Shown here piece after piece: positions 1 to 11,330 of a DNA stretch of 64,000 nucleotides (position 1 is the stretch's first letter; each line of letters starts with the position of its first letter). A program made the translations under genes and the position numbers. Under the pieces are notes generated by a model. It worked only from the letters and a program-made list of their open reading frames with translations, was not told the DNA's origin and made no database searches. This stretch comes from Pseudomonadota bacterium (lineage in GTDB: Bacteria > Bdellovibrionota > UBA1018 > CAIMNF01): the NCBI GenBank assembly GCA_027488515.1, contig JAIYBN010000003.1, positions 14,752 through 78,751 of the forward strand, written 5' to 3'.

Positions 1-1
1 A

Positions 2-451
2 CCCGTTTCGGCTCTCGATGTTTCGATTCAAGCCCAAATCGTGAACCTCATGCAGGACCTTCAGAAGGAATTGAAGCTCACCTACCTCTTCATCGCGCAT
101 GACTTGAAAGTGGTGGAGCACATTTCCAACCGTGTGGCGGTCATGTATCTAGGGAAGATCGCGGAAATCGCCGACTCCGAGCAGCTCTACTCGAATCCGA
201 GGCACCCCTACACCCAGGCGCTGTTGTCGGCGATTCCGATCCCGGATCCGACCCACAAGAACGAGCGCATCATCCTCCAAGGAGATGTGCCTTCCCCCCT
301 GAATCCTCCTGAAGGGTGTTTTTTCCATCCGCGTTGTCCCTCGGTGCAGGACCGTTGCCGTTCGGAGCGTCCTGTCCTCTCTGTGACGGACCCTCGCGAT
401 CCGCTTCATCAGGCCGCATGTCATTTCCCGGTGGGAGGAGACCGCAAGTGA
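2..451 (+). CDS. oppF: Oligopeptide/dipeptide ABC transporter ATP-binding subunit (OppF/AppF family), 5' truncated by window edge
   Basis: Frame from nt 2 reads [16 protein letters not shown]...IAHDLKVV...VMYLGKIAE...HPYTQALL...GCFFHPRC...AACHF: D-loop, H-loop and the oligo_HPY C-terminal Cys domain. Confidence 0.9.
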   Translation, partial: PVSALDVSIQAQIVNLMQDLQKELKLTYLFIAHDLKVVEHISNRVAVMYLGKIAEIADSEQLYSNPRHPYTQALLSAIPIPDPTHKNERIILQGDVPSPLNPPEGCFFHPRCPSVQDRCRSERPVLSVTDPRDPLHQAACHFPVGGDRK

Positions 452-750
452 GTGAGGTGAAGGCTGCGAAATTGACCGCGTCCCAGATCGATCTCGAGTT
501 GAAGCGTCTTCCTGATTGGCGAATGAACACTTCCGGAGAGATCGAGAAGACCTTCCAGCAGAGCGGATTTCCCCAATCTTTGATGTTCGTGAGTGCGGTG
601 GGTGTCCTGGCCGAGGCCAGGAATCATCACCCTGACATCTTGATCCAGTGGAACAAGGTCAGGCTGACCCTCTCCACGCATGATGCCGGGGGACTCACCA
701 TGAAGGACTTCGAACTTGCGAAGGAAATCAATGGGCTCCCCGTCCTCTGA
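448..750 (+). CDS. phhB: Pterin-4-alpha-carbinolamine dehydratase
   Basis: NHHPDI and [17 protein letters not shown] motifs. GTG at 448 overlaps the oppF stop, with GGAGGAG RBS at 434-440. Confidence 0.9.
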   Translation: MSEVKAAKLTASQIDLELKRLPDWRMNTSGEIEKTFQQSGFPQSLMFVSAVGVLAEARNHHPDILIQWNKVRLTLSTHDAGGLTMKDFELAKEINGLPVL

Positions 751-1540
751 TTCTTCCCGCCCTTGGGTCTTGATCACGGGTGCCTCGTCGGGGATCGGTG
801 AGTGTCTTGCAATCGAGTGGGCCGAGCGCGGAACGCATGCACTGGTTTTGGCCGCACGGAATGTCGAGCGTCTGAACCGGATCGCAGAAACTTGTGCGGC
901 GTGGACACCCACCCGGGTGATGTCGCTCGATCTCGAGAGTCCGGCTTCCATCGACCGTTTCGCCGAAGGCCTCACCGCTTCAGTGATCCGACTTTCCGTG
1001 GTGGTCCACAATGCGGGGATCTCGCAACGTTCACGCGTGCTCGACACCGGACTTTCCGTCGTCCGCAGGATCATGGAAATCAACTATTTCGGCACGGTCC
1101 AACTCACACAAAGGCTTCTTCCCGGAATGATCGAGTCGGGTGGGGGTGAGTTCATTGTGATCACCAGTCTGGTCGGAAAGTTCGGAAGCCCCCTCCGGAG
1201 CGCCTATTCCGCGTCGAAGCACGCCCTCCATGGATTTTTCGACTCGCTGAGGGCCGAGCTCGGAGGTCGGGGGATCCGGGTGATGATGGTCTGTCCCGGT
1301 TTCATCCGGACGGAGATTTCGATCAATGCCTTGACCGGATCGGGAGACCGGCAGGGCAGCATGGACGAGGCCCAGGCCCGGGGCATGGATCCAGCGGTGT
1401 TTGCGAGGCGCCTCCTCCGGGCTCGGGATTCCGGTCGGGAAGAGGTGTGCATCGGAGGTCGCGAGGTCTTGGGAGTGTGGCTCAAGCGATGGTTTCCACG
1501 GGTGTTTTCAAAGATCATTTCGCGCGCCAAGGTCACTTGA
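731..1540 (+). CDS. Short-chain dehydrogenase/reductase (SDR)
   Basis: TGASSGIG Rossmann motif, HNAG, YSASK catalytic YxxxK. Confidence 0.9.
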   Translation: MGSPSSDSSRPWVLITGASSGIGECLAIEWAERGTHALVLAARNVERLNRIAETCAAWTPTRVMSLDLESPASIDRFAEGLTASVIRLSVVVHNAGISQRSRVLDTGLSVVRRIMEINYFGTVQLTQRLLPGMIESGGGEFIVITSLVGKFGSPLRSAYSASKHALHGFFDSLRAELGGRGIRVMMVCPGFIRTEISINALTGSGDRQGSMDEAQARGMDPAVFARRLLRARDSGREEVCIGGREVLGVWLKRWFPRVFSKIISRAKVT

Positions 1541-1559
1541 TTTGTGCTAAAGTGCGGGC

Positions 1560-3191
1560 ATGCACGATACCCGCTTCACCGTCCCCCATCCAGTCAATGA
1601 ACCCATTCTCGGCTACTTGAAGGGTTCTCGCGAACGTTCCGAGCTCAAGACGGAGTTGTCGAGGATCGAATCGGAAGTCGTGGACATTCCCTGTGTGATC
1701 GCCGGCCGTGAGATCAGGACCGGGAATGTTTTCGAGGTGAGGATGCCTCACGATCACCGGCACATCATTGCGCGGGTTCATTTGGCGGGTGAGGCCGAAC
1801 TCCGGATGGCCGTCGATGCCGCACTTGCCGCCAAAAAAGAGTGGGAAGCGCTCCCTTGGTTCGAGCGAGCGAAGATTTTCTTGAAGGCCGCCGATCTTCT
1901 GGCCGGTCCTTGGCGCGCCCGTTTGAACGGGGCGACCATGCACGGACAGTCGAAGAACGCCTTTCAGGCCGAAATCGACGCCGCCTGCGAGCTCGCTGAT
2001 TTCCTCCGTTTCAACGCGTCTTTCTACGAGCGACTGCTGGGAGACCAGCCCTTCTCCCCGCCGGGGCTTCACAATTCGGTCGATTACCGTCCGCTCGAAG
2101 GATTCGTGTTCGCCGTCACTCCGTTCAATTTCACGGCGATCGCCGGCAATCTTCCTGCGGCTCCTGCGCTGGTGGGGAACACCGTCGTGTGGAAGCCTTC
2201 CGAGCAGCAGTGTCTCGCCGCCTACCGGACTTACGAACTTTTCCGCGAAGCCGGCCTTCCTCCGGGAGTGATCAATTTCGTACCGGCTTCCGGCCCTCTC
2301 GCCGGAGAGGTGGTCCTCCCTCATCCCGAACTCGCCGGAGTCCACTTCACCGGATCCAGCGGCACCTTCAATCACATCTGGAAAACGGTGGGCGAAGGAA
2401 TCGAAAGGTACCGCGGGTATCCGCGGATTGTGGGTGAAACCGGAGGCAAGGATTTTGTGTTCGCCCATCCCTCGGCAGATCCCGGAGTACTCACCACCGC
2501 GCTCATCCGTGGTGCTTTCGAGTACCAGGGGCAGAAATGCTCTGCGGCTTCTCGTGCCTACGTTCCCGCTTCGGTGTGGCGGGGGATCGAGAAAAACCTC
2601 GTCGAACAGATTCGTGAGATCCGTACGGGAGATGTCCGTGACTTCCGGAACCTGGTGAATGCGGTCATCGATGAGAGGGCTTTCAAGAAGATCTCCTCCT
2701 ACCTGGATCATGTGAAGCAAGACGCCAGCTGCACCGTCCTCGCCGGGGGTGTGGCCCGGGGAGAAACCGGGTATTTCATCGAACCGACCCTGGTGCGGAC
2801 CACCGACCCGAAGGCGAGGACCATGTGCGAAGAGATTTTCGGTCCCTTCCTGACCCTGTATGTGTACGACGACGCCCGTCTTGAGGAGACTCTCGAGATC
2901 GTCAACGGAACCTCGCCTTATGCGTTGACCGGTGCATTGATCGCCCAGGACCGGAATGCGCTGGTCAAAATGGGCGAAACCCTCCGTCATGCGGCAGGCA
3001 ATCTCTACGTCAATGACAAGCCGACCGGAGCGGTGGTGGGGCAGCAGCCCTTCGGAGGAGCGCGTCGATCGGGCACGAACGACAAAGCCGGAAGCGCCAT
3101 GAACCTGCTCCGGTGGATGAGTGCGAGGACGATCAAAGAAAATTTTGTCCCTCCCAAGCAGGTCTTGTATCCTTACATGGATGAAGCCTGA
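1560..3191 (+). CDS. pruA: L-glutamate gamma-semialdehyde (P5C) dehydrogenase
   Basis: AEIDAACELADF, PFNFTAI, FTGS, GETGGK, FEYQGQKCSA, EEIFGP, QQPFGGARRSGTNDKAG. Confidence 0.93.
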   Translation: MHDTRFTVPHPVNEPILGYLKGSRERSELKTELSRIESEVVDIPCVIAGREIRTGNVFEVRMPHDHRHIIARVHLAGEAELRMAVDAALAAKKEWEALPWFERAKIFLKAADLLAGPWRARLNGATMHGQSKNAFQAEIDAACELADFLRFNASFYERLLGDQPFSPPGLHNSVDYRPLEGFVFAVTPFNFTAIAGNLPAAPALVGNTVVWKPSEQQCLAAYRTYELFREAGLPPGVINFVPASGPLAGEVVLPHPELAGVHFTGSSGTFNHIWKTVGEGIERYRGYPRIVGETGGKDFVFAHPSADPGVLTTALIRGAFEYQGQKCSAASRAYVPASVWRGIEKNLVEQIREIRTGDVRDFRNLVNAVIDERAFKKISSYLDHVKQDASCTVLAGGVARGETGYFIEPTLVRTTDPKARTMCEEIFGPFLTLYVYDDARLEETLEIVNGTSPYALTGALIAQDRNALVKMGETLRHAAGNLYVNDKPTGAVVGQQPFGGARRSGTNDKAGSAMNLLRWMSARTIKENFVPPKQVLYPYMDEA

Positions 3192-4683
3192 ATCCAGTTA
3201 CGAAAGTTACCGCTCCAAACTCGCCAAAATCGCCGACCTCGGATTCGCCGGGGCGGTGTTGGGCTGGGACCAACAAGTCTACATGCCGAAAAACGGTGCC
3301 AAGGCCCGTGGTCGTCAGTTGGCCACACTTTCGACCTTGGGGCACGAGATGTTCACGGATGGCGAGTTCGGGAGCCTGCTGGATCGATTGGCGTCGAGCG
3401 CGGAACTGACCTCCGAACAGCGGATCAACGTCGCCCTGACCCGGAAGGATTTCGAGAGGAAGAAGAAATATCCCGATGCTTTCGTAGAGAAGATGTCCCT
3501 CGTGACTTCCGAAGCTTTCGGTGCCTGGCACGAAGCCCGCACCAAGAAGGATTTTTCCATTTTCAAACCCCTGCTCGAGCAGATCGTCCAATTGAAGCGG
3601 GAAGAAACCCGCCTTCTCGGCTATGCTAATCATCCCTACGAGGCTCTCCTCGAAGACTACGAACCCGGTTTGACGGTCGCCAAGATCGATGAAGTGTTCG
3701 ATCGGGTCCGCAAGGAACTCTTCCCGTTCATCCGGCAGATCCTGAGCCGTCCCCAGCCGGAGCATTCCTTTTTGATGAAGCATTATCCCAAGGCCAAGCA
3801 GTGGACCTTCTCCGAGAAGATGGTCCGTCAGATGGGGTATGACTTCGACTCCGGTCGTGCGGACGATGCCCCTCATCCGTTCTGTACGACTTTCGGACCG
3901 GGTGATGTCCGCATCACGCTCCGGAGCGACGAGCACGAATTCACCATGATGCTCTTTGCCGCCATCCATGAGGCCGGCCACGGGCTTTATGAGCTGGGAC
4001 TTCCACTCGAGGAGCACTACGGGCTTCCGCTCGGATCGGCCTTGTCTTTGGCCTTTCACGAATCGCAGTCGCGGTTCTGGGAGAACAACATCGCCCGCTC
4101 GCTTCCTTACTGGAAAGCGAACTATCCGGTCCTCCAGCAGGAGTTCCCGGAAAATCTCGGCTCCGTTCCTCTCGATGCGTTCTACCGGGGAGTCAACCGG
4201 ATCGAACCGTCGTTCATCCGGGTCGAAGCGGACGAGCTCACGTATCACGCCCACATTTACATCCGTTATCTGATCGAGAAAGCCCTGATCGAAGGTTCGA
4301 TCGAGGTTGCCGACGTGCCCCGTGTTTGGAATGACCGCTACGAGGAGTTTCTCGGCATCCGTCCATCGAACGACTCGGAAGGTTGCCTTCAGGACATCCA
4401 TTGGTCCTACGGATCGTTCGGATATTTCCCGACCTATTCCTTCGGCAGTTTCTACGCGGCCCAGTTGGCCGCCGCGATGAATAAACAGGTTTCCGGATTC
4501 GATGGATTGATCGAACAGGGGAATCTTGCTCCGATCCTCGAGTGGCTCAGGACCAAGGTCCATTCCAAGGGGCGGAGCTTCAATTCGGAAGAGTTGCTGA
4601 TCCAGACCACCGGAAAAGGTCTCGATGTAGGTGACTTCATGGATTACGCCAAGTCGAAGTACGGGTCGATTTACGGACTCTGA
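3181..4683 (+). CDS. Carboxypeptidase Taq (peptidase M32)
   Basis: HPF, HEAGH zinc motif, HESQS, IRVEADE, GCLQDIHW, GYFPTY. Confidence 0.93.
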   Translation: MKPESSYESYRSKLAKIADLGFAGAVLGWDQQVYMPKNGAKARGRQLATLSTLGHEMFTDGEFGSLLDRLASSAELTSEQRINVALTRKDFERKKKYPDAFVEKMSLVTSEAFGAWHEARTKKDFSIFKPLLEQIVQLKREETRLLGYANHPYEALLEDYEPGLTVAKIDEVFDRVRKELFPFIRQILSRPQPEHSFLMKHYPKAKQWTFSEKMVRQMGYDFDSGRADDAPHPFCTTFGPGDVRITLRSDEHEFTMMLFAAIHEAGHGLYELGLPLEEHYGLPLGSALSLAFHESQSRFWENNIARSLPYWKANYPVLQQEFPENLGSVPLDAFYRGVNRIEPSFIRVEADELTYHAHIYIRYLIEKALIEGSIEVADVPRVWNDRYEEFLGIRPSNDSEGCLQDIHWSYGSFGYFPTYSFGSFYAAQLAAAMNKQVSGFDGLIEQGNLAPILEWLRTKVHSKGRSFNSEELLIQTTGKGLDVGDFMDYAKSKYGSIYGL

Positions 4684-4691
4684 CCGGGCGG

Positions 4692-6089
4692 TCAGTCTTC
4701 CGATTCGATCCCGAACGACTTCATGCGACGGTGGAGGTAGCTCCTCTCGATTCCGAGCACCTGTGCGGTTTTCGAGATGTTCCAGCCGTTCTCACGCAGT
4801 GATTGGATGATGTATTCCCGCTCGAAGTCGGCTTTCGCGTCTTTGAGGGAGCGCCCGGCCGACAGGGCCACGACACCGTGGGTTTCCATTTCGCCCGAGG
4901 GTCCGGGCGTGTACCCCTCGTCTCCGAGGTGCATCTTGAGTTCATCCGGACCGATGGGGTCTGATTCCTCGGGGGCTTGGAGGATCACGATCCGTTCGAT
5001 CAAATTCCTGAGCTCACGGATGTTGCCTGGCCAGGAATGGCGCTCAAGCAGAGTGATCCCTTCCTTGGAAAATGTGCGTTTGGGTTTTTGATGGGAGGAC
5101 GAGAATTCCTTCAGGAAGTGGTCACCGAGGGTCGGGATGTCTTCTTTGCGGTCCCGAAGAGCGGGGATGTGGATCCGGATCACGTTGAGGCGGAAATACA
5201 GGTCTTCCCTGAAGTTCCCTTTTGCAATCTCCTGCTTGAGGTCTTTGTTCGTGGCCGCGATCACCCGGACGTCCACCGAGTGGGTCTCGTGTCCTCCCAC
5301 CCTTTCGAACTTCTGTTCTTGGAGGATGCGGAGGATTTTGGCCTGGGTTTTCATCGACATGTCGCCGATCTCGTCCAGAAAAAGCGTTCCTTGGTCGGCA
5401 AGGTCGAATCGACCGCGACGGAGTTGGGTCGCCCCGGTGAAAGCACCGCGCTCATGCCCGAAAAGTTCGCTTTCGATCAATTCCTCGGGAATTGCAGCGC
5501 AATTCACTTCGATGAAAGGCTTTTTGAAACGGTGGGAGAGGGCGTGGATGGTTTGAGCGGCCACCTCTTTTCCGGTTCCGTTCTCACCGGTGATGAGGAC
5601 CGAGCTGTTGGTGGGTGCCACCCTCCGCATGAGTTCCTGGATCTGCTTCATCGAAGGTGCGTCTCCGATGAACGGTCTTTTACCCGAAAGTTGCTTACGG
5701 AGGGCCTGGTTCTCTTCGATCAGGTCGCGTGCTGAAAGCGCGTTCCGGATCAAGACCAGCAATCGGTCCAGTTCCACCGGCTTCTCCATGAAGTCGAAAG
5801 CTCCGAGCTTGGTCGCTTTCACCGCGGTCTCGATGTTTCCGTGACCGGACATGATGATCACGGGAATTTCGATTCCTTTCGCTTTCATCTCACCGAGTGC
5901 GGCCATTCCGTCGAGATCCGGCATCCAGATGTCGAGAAGGATCAGATCGGGGTTTTCCCTCAGCGCGGTCTCGATCCCTTGGCGGGCGTTCGGAGACTTG
6001 AGTGTCCGGTAGCCTTCATCCTGGAGCGCGCCTGCCAGCGAGTCCCGGATCGAGGGTTCGTCATCGATGATCAGGATCGTCCGGCTCAT
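4692..6089 (-). CDS. ntrX: Sigma-54-dependent response regulator (NtrX/NtrC family)
   Basis: REC domain (LLDIWMP), AAA+ GENGTGKE, GAFTGA, WPGNIREL, Fis HTH; downstream of an NtrY-like kinase. Confidence 0.85.
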   Translation of the reverse strand: MSRTILIIDDEPSIRDSLAGALQDEGYRTLKSPNARQGIETALRENPDLILLDIWMPDLDGMAALGEMKAKGIEIPVIIMSGHGNIETAVKATKLGAFDFMEKPVELDRLLVLIRNALSARDLIEENQALRKQLSGKRPFIGDAPSMKQIQELMRRVAPTNSSVLITGENGTGKEVAAQTIHALSHRFKKPFIEVNCAAIPEELIESELFGHERGAFTGATQLRRGRFDLADQGTLFLDEIGDMSMKTQAKILRILQEQKFERVGGHETHSVDVRVIAATNKDLKQEIAKGNFREDLYFRLNVIRIHIPALRDRKEDIPTLGDHFLKEFSSSHQKPKRTFSKEGITLLERHSWPGNIRELRNLIERIVILQAPEESDPIGPDELKMHLGDEGYTPGPSGEMETHGVVALSAGRSLKDAKADFEREYIIQSLRENGWNISKTAQVLGIERSYLHRRMKSFGIESED

Positions 6090-8302
6090 GAGATCAGCTT
6101 AGCGGTTTTGAGGGGAAGCTCAATGATAAAAGAAGTCCCTGCGTCAAGCTTGGAAGACAAGCGGATGTAGCCGCCGTGATCGTTGATGATCCTCTTCACG
6201 ATGGCGAGGCCGAGTCCGGTCCCTTCCGATTTGGTCGAAAAATAGGGTTCGAAGGCCCGTTCCTGGATCTCTTCACTCATTCCCGGACCGTTGTCCTTCA
6301 GGATCAGGGCCGCCATTTCGAGTGGGGCGTTGTAGTGGGTCTCGATCTCGATCCTTCCGGGGCGGGTCGCTTTCACGGAACGGATGGCTGCGATCCCGTT
6401 GTCGATCAGATTCATCAGCACGCGTTTCATCTGGTCGCGATCGAGATTGATGACCGGCAAATGGGTTTCAAGTCGTGTGATGAAATGGATCTCAGGATGG
6501 GCCGACAAGTACAGTTTCAAGGTGTCCTGGATCAGCTCGTTCAGGTGTTGTGGCGTGGGCGAAACCTCGGGAAGGCGCGCAAAGTTCGAGAACTCGTTGA
6601 CCATCTCCTTCAATTCGTCGGTGTGCTGGATGATCACCTTGGTGCATTCCTGGACCAATTGACCGTCTTTTCCCGGGAGCTCCCGGAGGCGTCTTTGGAG
6701 CCGTTGCGCCGAAAGTTTGATCGGGGTCAGCGGATTCTTGATCTCATGGGCGATCCGTTTCGCGACCTCGCGCCAGGCCATCTCCCGCTGGCCCTTCACG
6801 AGGTGGGTGACGTCATCCAGGACCGCGACAGCACCCCAGATCTTTCCGTTCTCCTTCAGGGGTGAGGAGATCGCGGTCAGATTGCGGACTTCACCGGCGA
6901 CCTTCCCGCTCCAGGTGGTTTCGAGCTCGGTCCTCGGTGCATCTTCCAGGGCGGACTCGAGTACCCCGAGGATTCCGGCGAGAGAAGCGCCCCTGAGGAT
7001 CGCGTTCATCGGTCGTCCGGAATATTCGCCATCCGCGAGGTCCAACAGGGTTCTCGCCGCGGAGTTGAGGGTGAGGATGCCCCCGCTCCGGTCTACCAGA
7101 ACCACGCCGGTCGCAATGTTCGAAAGGATCGCCTCGAGTTGTTGGGTGCGCTGGCGGATCTCGGCCTGGTTCCGTTTCAAGTCCGAGGTCATCTTGTTGA
7201 AGCTCTCGACCAGCGTCGCGATCTCGTCGTCACCCGTCTTTTCAATGGTGATGTCCAGTCGTCCACGTCCCACTTCGTGTGCCGCGCGTACCAATCGTTC
7301 GACCGGGACGGTGAGTTCACGCGCCAGGTAGAGCCCGAGCCAGATCTCTGCGAAGATGATCAGCAGGGTGATCAGGATCAAGATGATGAAATAGGTGGTC
7401 TTGATCGGATACTTGAGCGGGTTGATGTCCTTGTATTCCTCGGCGGTGTGGGCGATCTGCCCCGCTTTCTGGGTCAGGTTCACCGGGATCAGGGTGTCCA
7501 CGAGAACGAGTGCCTTCACGGTTCCGGAAGGATACTCCATGACGGGAATCCCTGAGCGGACCAGGTCGGCTCTTCCCACGGATTGGATGAAGGTGATCCG
7601 GGTACCCTGGAACGCGGCCTTCAGTCGATCGAGGCTCGGGCGGACATAAGCGTCCGGATTGTGGGATTTCGAGTGAGGGTCCATGACAATCCACGGTTTC
7701 GAAAAGGGATCGCTGTAGATTTCGACCGCATTCAGGGCATAGAGCTCACGCAAGTGCTCGAGCTGTTGGATCCAAGCGGTCTCGGCTTTCTTGGAGGAAC
7801 CGTATTTCAGGGGGCGGATCTGGTTTGCAATCAGCCCTGCGAAGTGGGCGGAGAGGTTCTCTGCGTTCTTGTAGTAGAGACTGGTGATCTCGAGGGAAGA
7901 CTCCAGTGTGTTCTGGACCTTGAGCGAGAACCACTTGTCGAAGCTCTGGTTGATGTACAGTGCCGAGATCGTGAAAACCGTCAGGGTCGGGATGATTGAA
8001 AACCCGATGAACGCGGCCACAAGCTTGGACTTGAGACGGGATCCGAGAATCCGGCTCCTGCGCTCGAAGAAGATCTTCCCGACGTTCTTGAAGATCAGCC
8101 AGAGCAGGCCGACGAGGATCACGATGTTGAAATTGATGAGTCCGAAGAAGAAAATCGAATTGACGAAGGGCAGGGTGGAGGAGATTTTGCCGAGCCTGAA
8201 CTCGACCGCGGTCAGGAGTGCGAAGGCGATCGCGAGGCCGAAAATGATGACCCTTTCCCGGCGTCTTTTCCGGGCTTCCCGTTGCTCCAAACGATCCGAC
8301 AT
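6086..8302 (-). CDS. ntrY: NtrY-like sensor histidine kinase (TM, HAMP, PAS, HisKA, HATPase)
   Basis: [50 protein letters not shown]. Confidence 0.85.
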   Translation of the reverse strand: MSDRLEQREARKRRRERVIIFGLAIAFALLTAVEFRLGKISSTLPFVNSIFFFGLINFNIVILVGLLWLIFKNVGKIFFERRSRILGSRLKSKLVAAFIGFSIIPTLTVFTISALYINQSFDKWFSLKVQNTLESSLEITSLYYKNAENLSAHFAGLIANQIRPLKYGSSKKAETAWIQQLEHLRELYALNAVEIYSDPFSKPWIVMDPHSKSHNPDAYVRPSLDRLKAAFQGTRITFIQSVGRADLVRSGIPVMEYPSGTVKALVLVDTLIPVNLTQKAGQIAHTAEEYKDINPLKYPIKTTYFIILILITLLIIFAEIWLGLYLARELTVPVERLVRAAHEVGRGRLDITIEKTGDDEIATLVESFNKMTSDLKRNQAEIRQRTQQLEAILSNIATGVVLVDRSGGILTLNSAARTLLDLADGEYSGRPMNAILRGASLAGILGVLESALEDAPRTELETTWSGKVAGEVRNLTAISSPLKENGKIWGAVAVLDDVTHLVKGQREMAWREVAKRIAHEIKNPLTPIKLSAQRLQRRLRELPGKDGQLVQECTKVIIQHTDELKEMVNEFSNFARLPEVSPTPQHLNELIQDTLKLYLSAHPEIHFITRLETHLPVINLDRDQMKRVLMNLIDNGIAAIRSVKATRPGRIEIETHYNAPLEMAALILKDNGPGMSEEIQERAFEPYFSTKSEGTGLGLAIVKRIINDHGGYIRLSSKLDAGTSFIIELPLKTAKLIS

Positions 8303-8353
8303 GGGGCGAGATTATCATGGATTTTGGCCCGAAATCGAACTATTCTACCCCGC

Positions 8354-9826
8354 ATGGCAGAAAAAATCACACCCCGCAGCGAAAACTTCCCCGAGTGGTA
8401 TCAGGATGTGGTGATCCAGGCCCGTTTGGCCGATTACAGTCCGGTCAAGGGATGCATGGTCATCCGCCCGAACGGCTATTCCATCTGGGAACGGATCCAA
8501 AGAGAGATGAACGACCGGATCAAGGCGGCAGGTGTGAGGAACGCCTACTTCCCCATGTTCATTCCTGAAAGCTTCATCAAAAAAGAAGCGGACCATGTCG
8601 AGGGCTTCGCCCCTCAGGTCGCAGTGGTGACCCATGCGGGAGCGAAGGACCTGGATGAGAAGCTCGTCGTCCGCCCGACCTCCGAGACCATCATCAACTC
8701 GATGTTCGCAAAGTGGATCCAGAGCTACCGGGATCTGCCCCTGCTCATGAACCAATGGGCCAATGTCGTACGATGGGAAATGCGTACACGTCTTTTCTTG
8801 AGGACGACCGAGTTCCTCTGGCAGGAAGGGCACACCTGTCATGCCACGCTCGACGAGGCGGAAGTCTTCACCCAGCGGATGCTGAAGATGTACCACGAGT
8901 TCGCAGAGAGCGTTCTTGCGATGCCCGTCGTTCCGGGAATGAAGTCCGAGGCCGAGAAATTCGCCGGTGCACTCCGGACCTATTGCATCGAAGCGATGAT
9001 GCAAGACGGGAAAGCCTTGCAAGCGGGAACTTCGCACAACCTGTCCGATCACTTCGCCAAAGCCTTCGATACGATGTTCCTCGACAAGGATGGAAAGCAG
9101 AAACACGTGTTCCAGACCAGTTGGGGTGTTTCCACCCGTCTGATCGGCGGGATGATCATGACCCACTCGGATGACAAGGGTCTGGTGTTGCCTCCCATGC
9201 TGGCGGAAACCCATGTGGTCATCGTTCCGATCGCTCCCAAGGCTGACACCGCTCCCGTGGTCCATGCGGCCGCCGACCGTCTTGCTGCGGCCATCCGCGA
9301 GCATTCGGATGCCCAAAGCCTCCCGTACCGCATCGGTGTGACAGTCGACAAGGACGACACCAAGCAGGCCGGTTGGAAGTTCCACGAATACGAACTGATC
9401 GGGATTCCGGTCCGGATTGAAATCGGTCCTCGGGACCTCGAGAAATCCCAGGCCGTGTTCACCCGTCGGGATGTCGGCGTGAAGGAATTCGTCCCTCTGG
9501 CGGATCTTCCTGCGAAAATCGCGCGGGAGCTCAAGTCCATGCAATCGGAACTGCTCGAGAAGGCCCGTGCCCATCGCGATCGCAACACCCACGAGGTGGA
9601 CGACTACGCCACGTTCAAGAAGCTTCTCGATGAAAAGGGCGGATTCTACAAGGTTCCTTGGAGTCTCGATCGCGCTGCCGAAGAGCAGATCAAGGAGGAA
9701 ACGAAGGCGACTCTCCGTTGCATCCTTCTCGACGAATCCTTCAAGCCCGTTCAGGCCGGCAAGCCTTGTTTCATGACCGGCAAGAAGGACGGTACCGTCA
9801 TGGCGATCTTCGCCAGGTCGTACTGA
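8354..9826 (+). CDS. proS: Prolyl-tRNA synthetase, archaeal/eukaryal type
   Basis: [52 protein letters not shown]-terminal ARSY. Confidence 0.95.
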   Translation: MAEKITPRSENFPEWYQDVVIQARLADYSPVKGCMVIRPNGYSIWERIQREMNDRIKAAGVRNAYFPMFIPESFIKKEADHVEGFAPQVAVVTHAGAKDLDEKLVVRPTSETIINSMFAKWIQSYRDLPLLMNQWANVVRWEMRTRLFLRTTEFLWQEGHTCHATLDEAEVFTQRMLKMYHEFAESVLAMPVVPGMKSEAEKFAGALRTYCIEAMMQDGKALQAGTSHNLSDHFAKAFDTMFLDKDGKQKHVFQTSWGVSTRLIGGMIMTHSDDKGLVLPPMLAETHVVIVPIAPKADTAPVVHAAADRLAAAIREHSDAQSLPYRIGVTVDKDDTKQAGWKFHEYELIGIPVRIEIGPRDLEKSQAVFTRRDVGVKEFVPLADLPAKIARELKSMQSELLEKARAHRDRNTHEVDDYATFKKLLDEKGGFYKVPWSLDRAAEEQIKEETKATLRCILLDESFKPVQAGKPCFMTGKKDGTVMAIFARSY

Positions 9827-9839
9827 GAAGGGTTGCGGA

Positions 9840-10568
9840 ATGAGGACCGAGTTGGTGGTGGCGCTCGATTTCAGTGAGCGATCCGAGGCCGAACAGTTGA
9901 TGGAAAAACTCGAGGGGCTCCCTGTGATCTACAAGGTGGGTCTCGAGCTGTTCCTCGCTACGGGGGCCTCCTGGGTCCAGACGCTGTGTTCTCTCGGGCA
10001 CCGGGTGTTCCTGGATTTGAAGTTCCACGACATTCCCAACACCGTGGCACAAGCGGTGGTCCAGGGTGCGAAGACGGGGGCCGAGTTCATCACCGTTCAT
10101 CTTTCCGGAGGCCGGAGGATGCTCGACGAGATCGATTTGAAGCTCGCCGAAGCTCTCACAGCCGGGCAGATTGCAGGGCGTCCGAAAATCCTCGGAGTCA
10201 GTGTTCTCACCTCTTTTCACGAAGAGGAGTGGATCGCGAATGTCTCGCACATGGCGAAGATTTCGGGTGTCCGTCCCATCTCGGATTCAGTCCAGCATTT
10301 CGCCAGTCTCGCTCACGATCATCCTGCGATCCAGGGGATGGTCTGCTCCCCGAAGGAGATCTCCCTCGTTCGCACCAAGCATTCCCATTTGTTTCTCATG
10401 GTCCCGGGAATCAGGCCGGAAGGCGCCCCTGCGCACGACCAGAGTCGCGTCATGACCCCGAGGGAGGCCCGTGAAGCCGGAGCATCCGCCGTGGTCGTGG
10501 GTCGGCCCATCACACGGGCCGAAGATCCGCGTGCGGCCACCTTGTCGATTTTAGGAGAACTCGAATGA
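9840..10568 (+). CDS. pyrF: Orotidine-5'-phosphate decarboxylase
   Basis: VALD, DLKFHDIPNTV, PGIR, DQSRVMTP, VVGRPIT. Confidence 0.95.
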   Translation: MRTELVVALDFSERSEAEQLMEKLEGLPVIYKVGLELFLATGASWVQTLCSLGHRVFLDLKFHDIPNTVAQAVVQGAKTGAEFITVHLSGGRRMLDEIDLKLAEALTAGQIAGRPKILGVSVLTSFHEEEWIANVSHMAKISGVRPISDSVQHFASLAHDHPAIQGMVCSPKEISLVRTKHSHLFLMVPGIRPEGAPAHDQSRVMTPREAREAGASAVVVGRPITRAEDPRAATLSILGELE

Positions 10569-11317
10569 GTCAGGAATTGTTTGTCCGCAATCCGTACAGT
10601 GTTCTCGAGGCACTCAAGCAACGGCCCAAGGATGTGATCGAGATCACTTTCCCCCGTGATCGATTGGAAGGGGCATGGCTCGAAATCCAGGCGCTCGTCG
10701 AGCGCCACCGGATCCGGACAAGTCAGGGATCGAAAGACGCCTCCCGTCCGCGTGACCGGAATCGTGGACCGCAGGGCAATCCTGGTAGGGAAAGCGGTCA
10801 CGGCGCACTGATCCGACCGAAAGCGCCCGTTTCGATCGAGGCGCTTTTGGACGGGGTGAGCGATCAGGATCGGGGAGTGTGGATGGCACTCGACAGTCTC
10901 CAGGACCCGCAGAATCTCGGAGCGATTTTCCGTGCGGCCGCGTTTTTCGGCATCCGCGGAATCATCATGACCACCGAACGCTCGGCTCCGATGACGGCAA
11001 CTGTTTATGACATTGCGGCCGGCGGCGTCGAGCACGTCCCCATGGTTCAGGCGATCAACTTGAAGCAGGCACTTGAAAAGGCCAAGGAGGCGGGACTCTG
11101 GATCCTCGGGACTTCCGAGCACGCCAAAGAATCCTTGTCCGGTGTCGCCCGCGACCGGCCTTGGCTGGTGGTGGTCGGGAACGAGGAAAAAGGAATGCGC
11201 CGCCTGACTGAAGAGAGTTGCGATGTCATTTGCGCGATTCCTCCTGCCGGCGACGGGGTGACATCACTCAATGTCTCCGTGGCGACCGGAATCCTGCTGT
11301 TCCACCTCGGGGGCTGA
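10565..11317 (+). CDS. rlmB: 23S rRNA Gm2251-type 2'-O-methyltransferase (TrmH/SpoU family)
   Basis: LDSLQDPQNLGAIFRAA, VGNEEKGMR, SLNVSVA SPOUT motifs. Confidence 0.8.
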   Translation: MSQELFVRNPYSVLEALKQRPKDVIEITFPRDRLEGAWLEIQALVERHRIRTSQGSKDASRPRDRNRGPQGNPGRESGHGALIRPKAPVSIEALLDGVSDQDRGVWMALDSLQDPQNLGAIFRAAAFFGIRGIIMTTERSAPMTATVYDIAAGGVEHVPMVQAINLKQALEKAKEAGLWILGTSEHAKESLSGVARDRPWLVVVGNEEKGMRRLTEESCDVICAIPPAGDGVTSLNVSVATGILLFHLGG

Positions 11318-11330
11318 TACCGACCGAAGG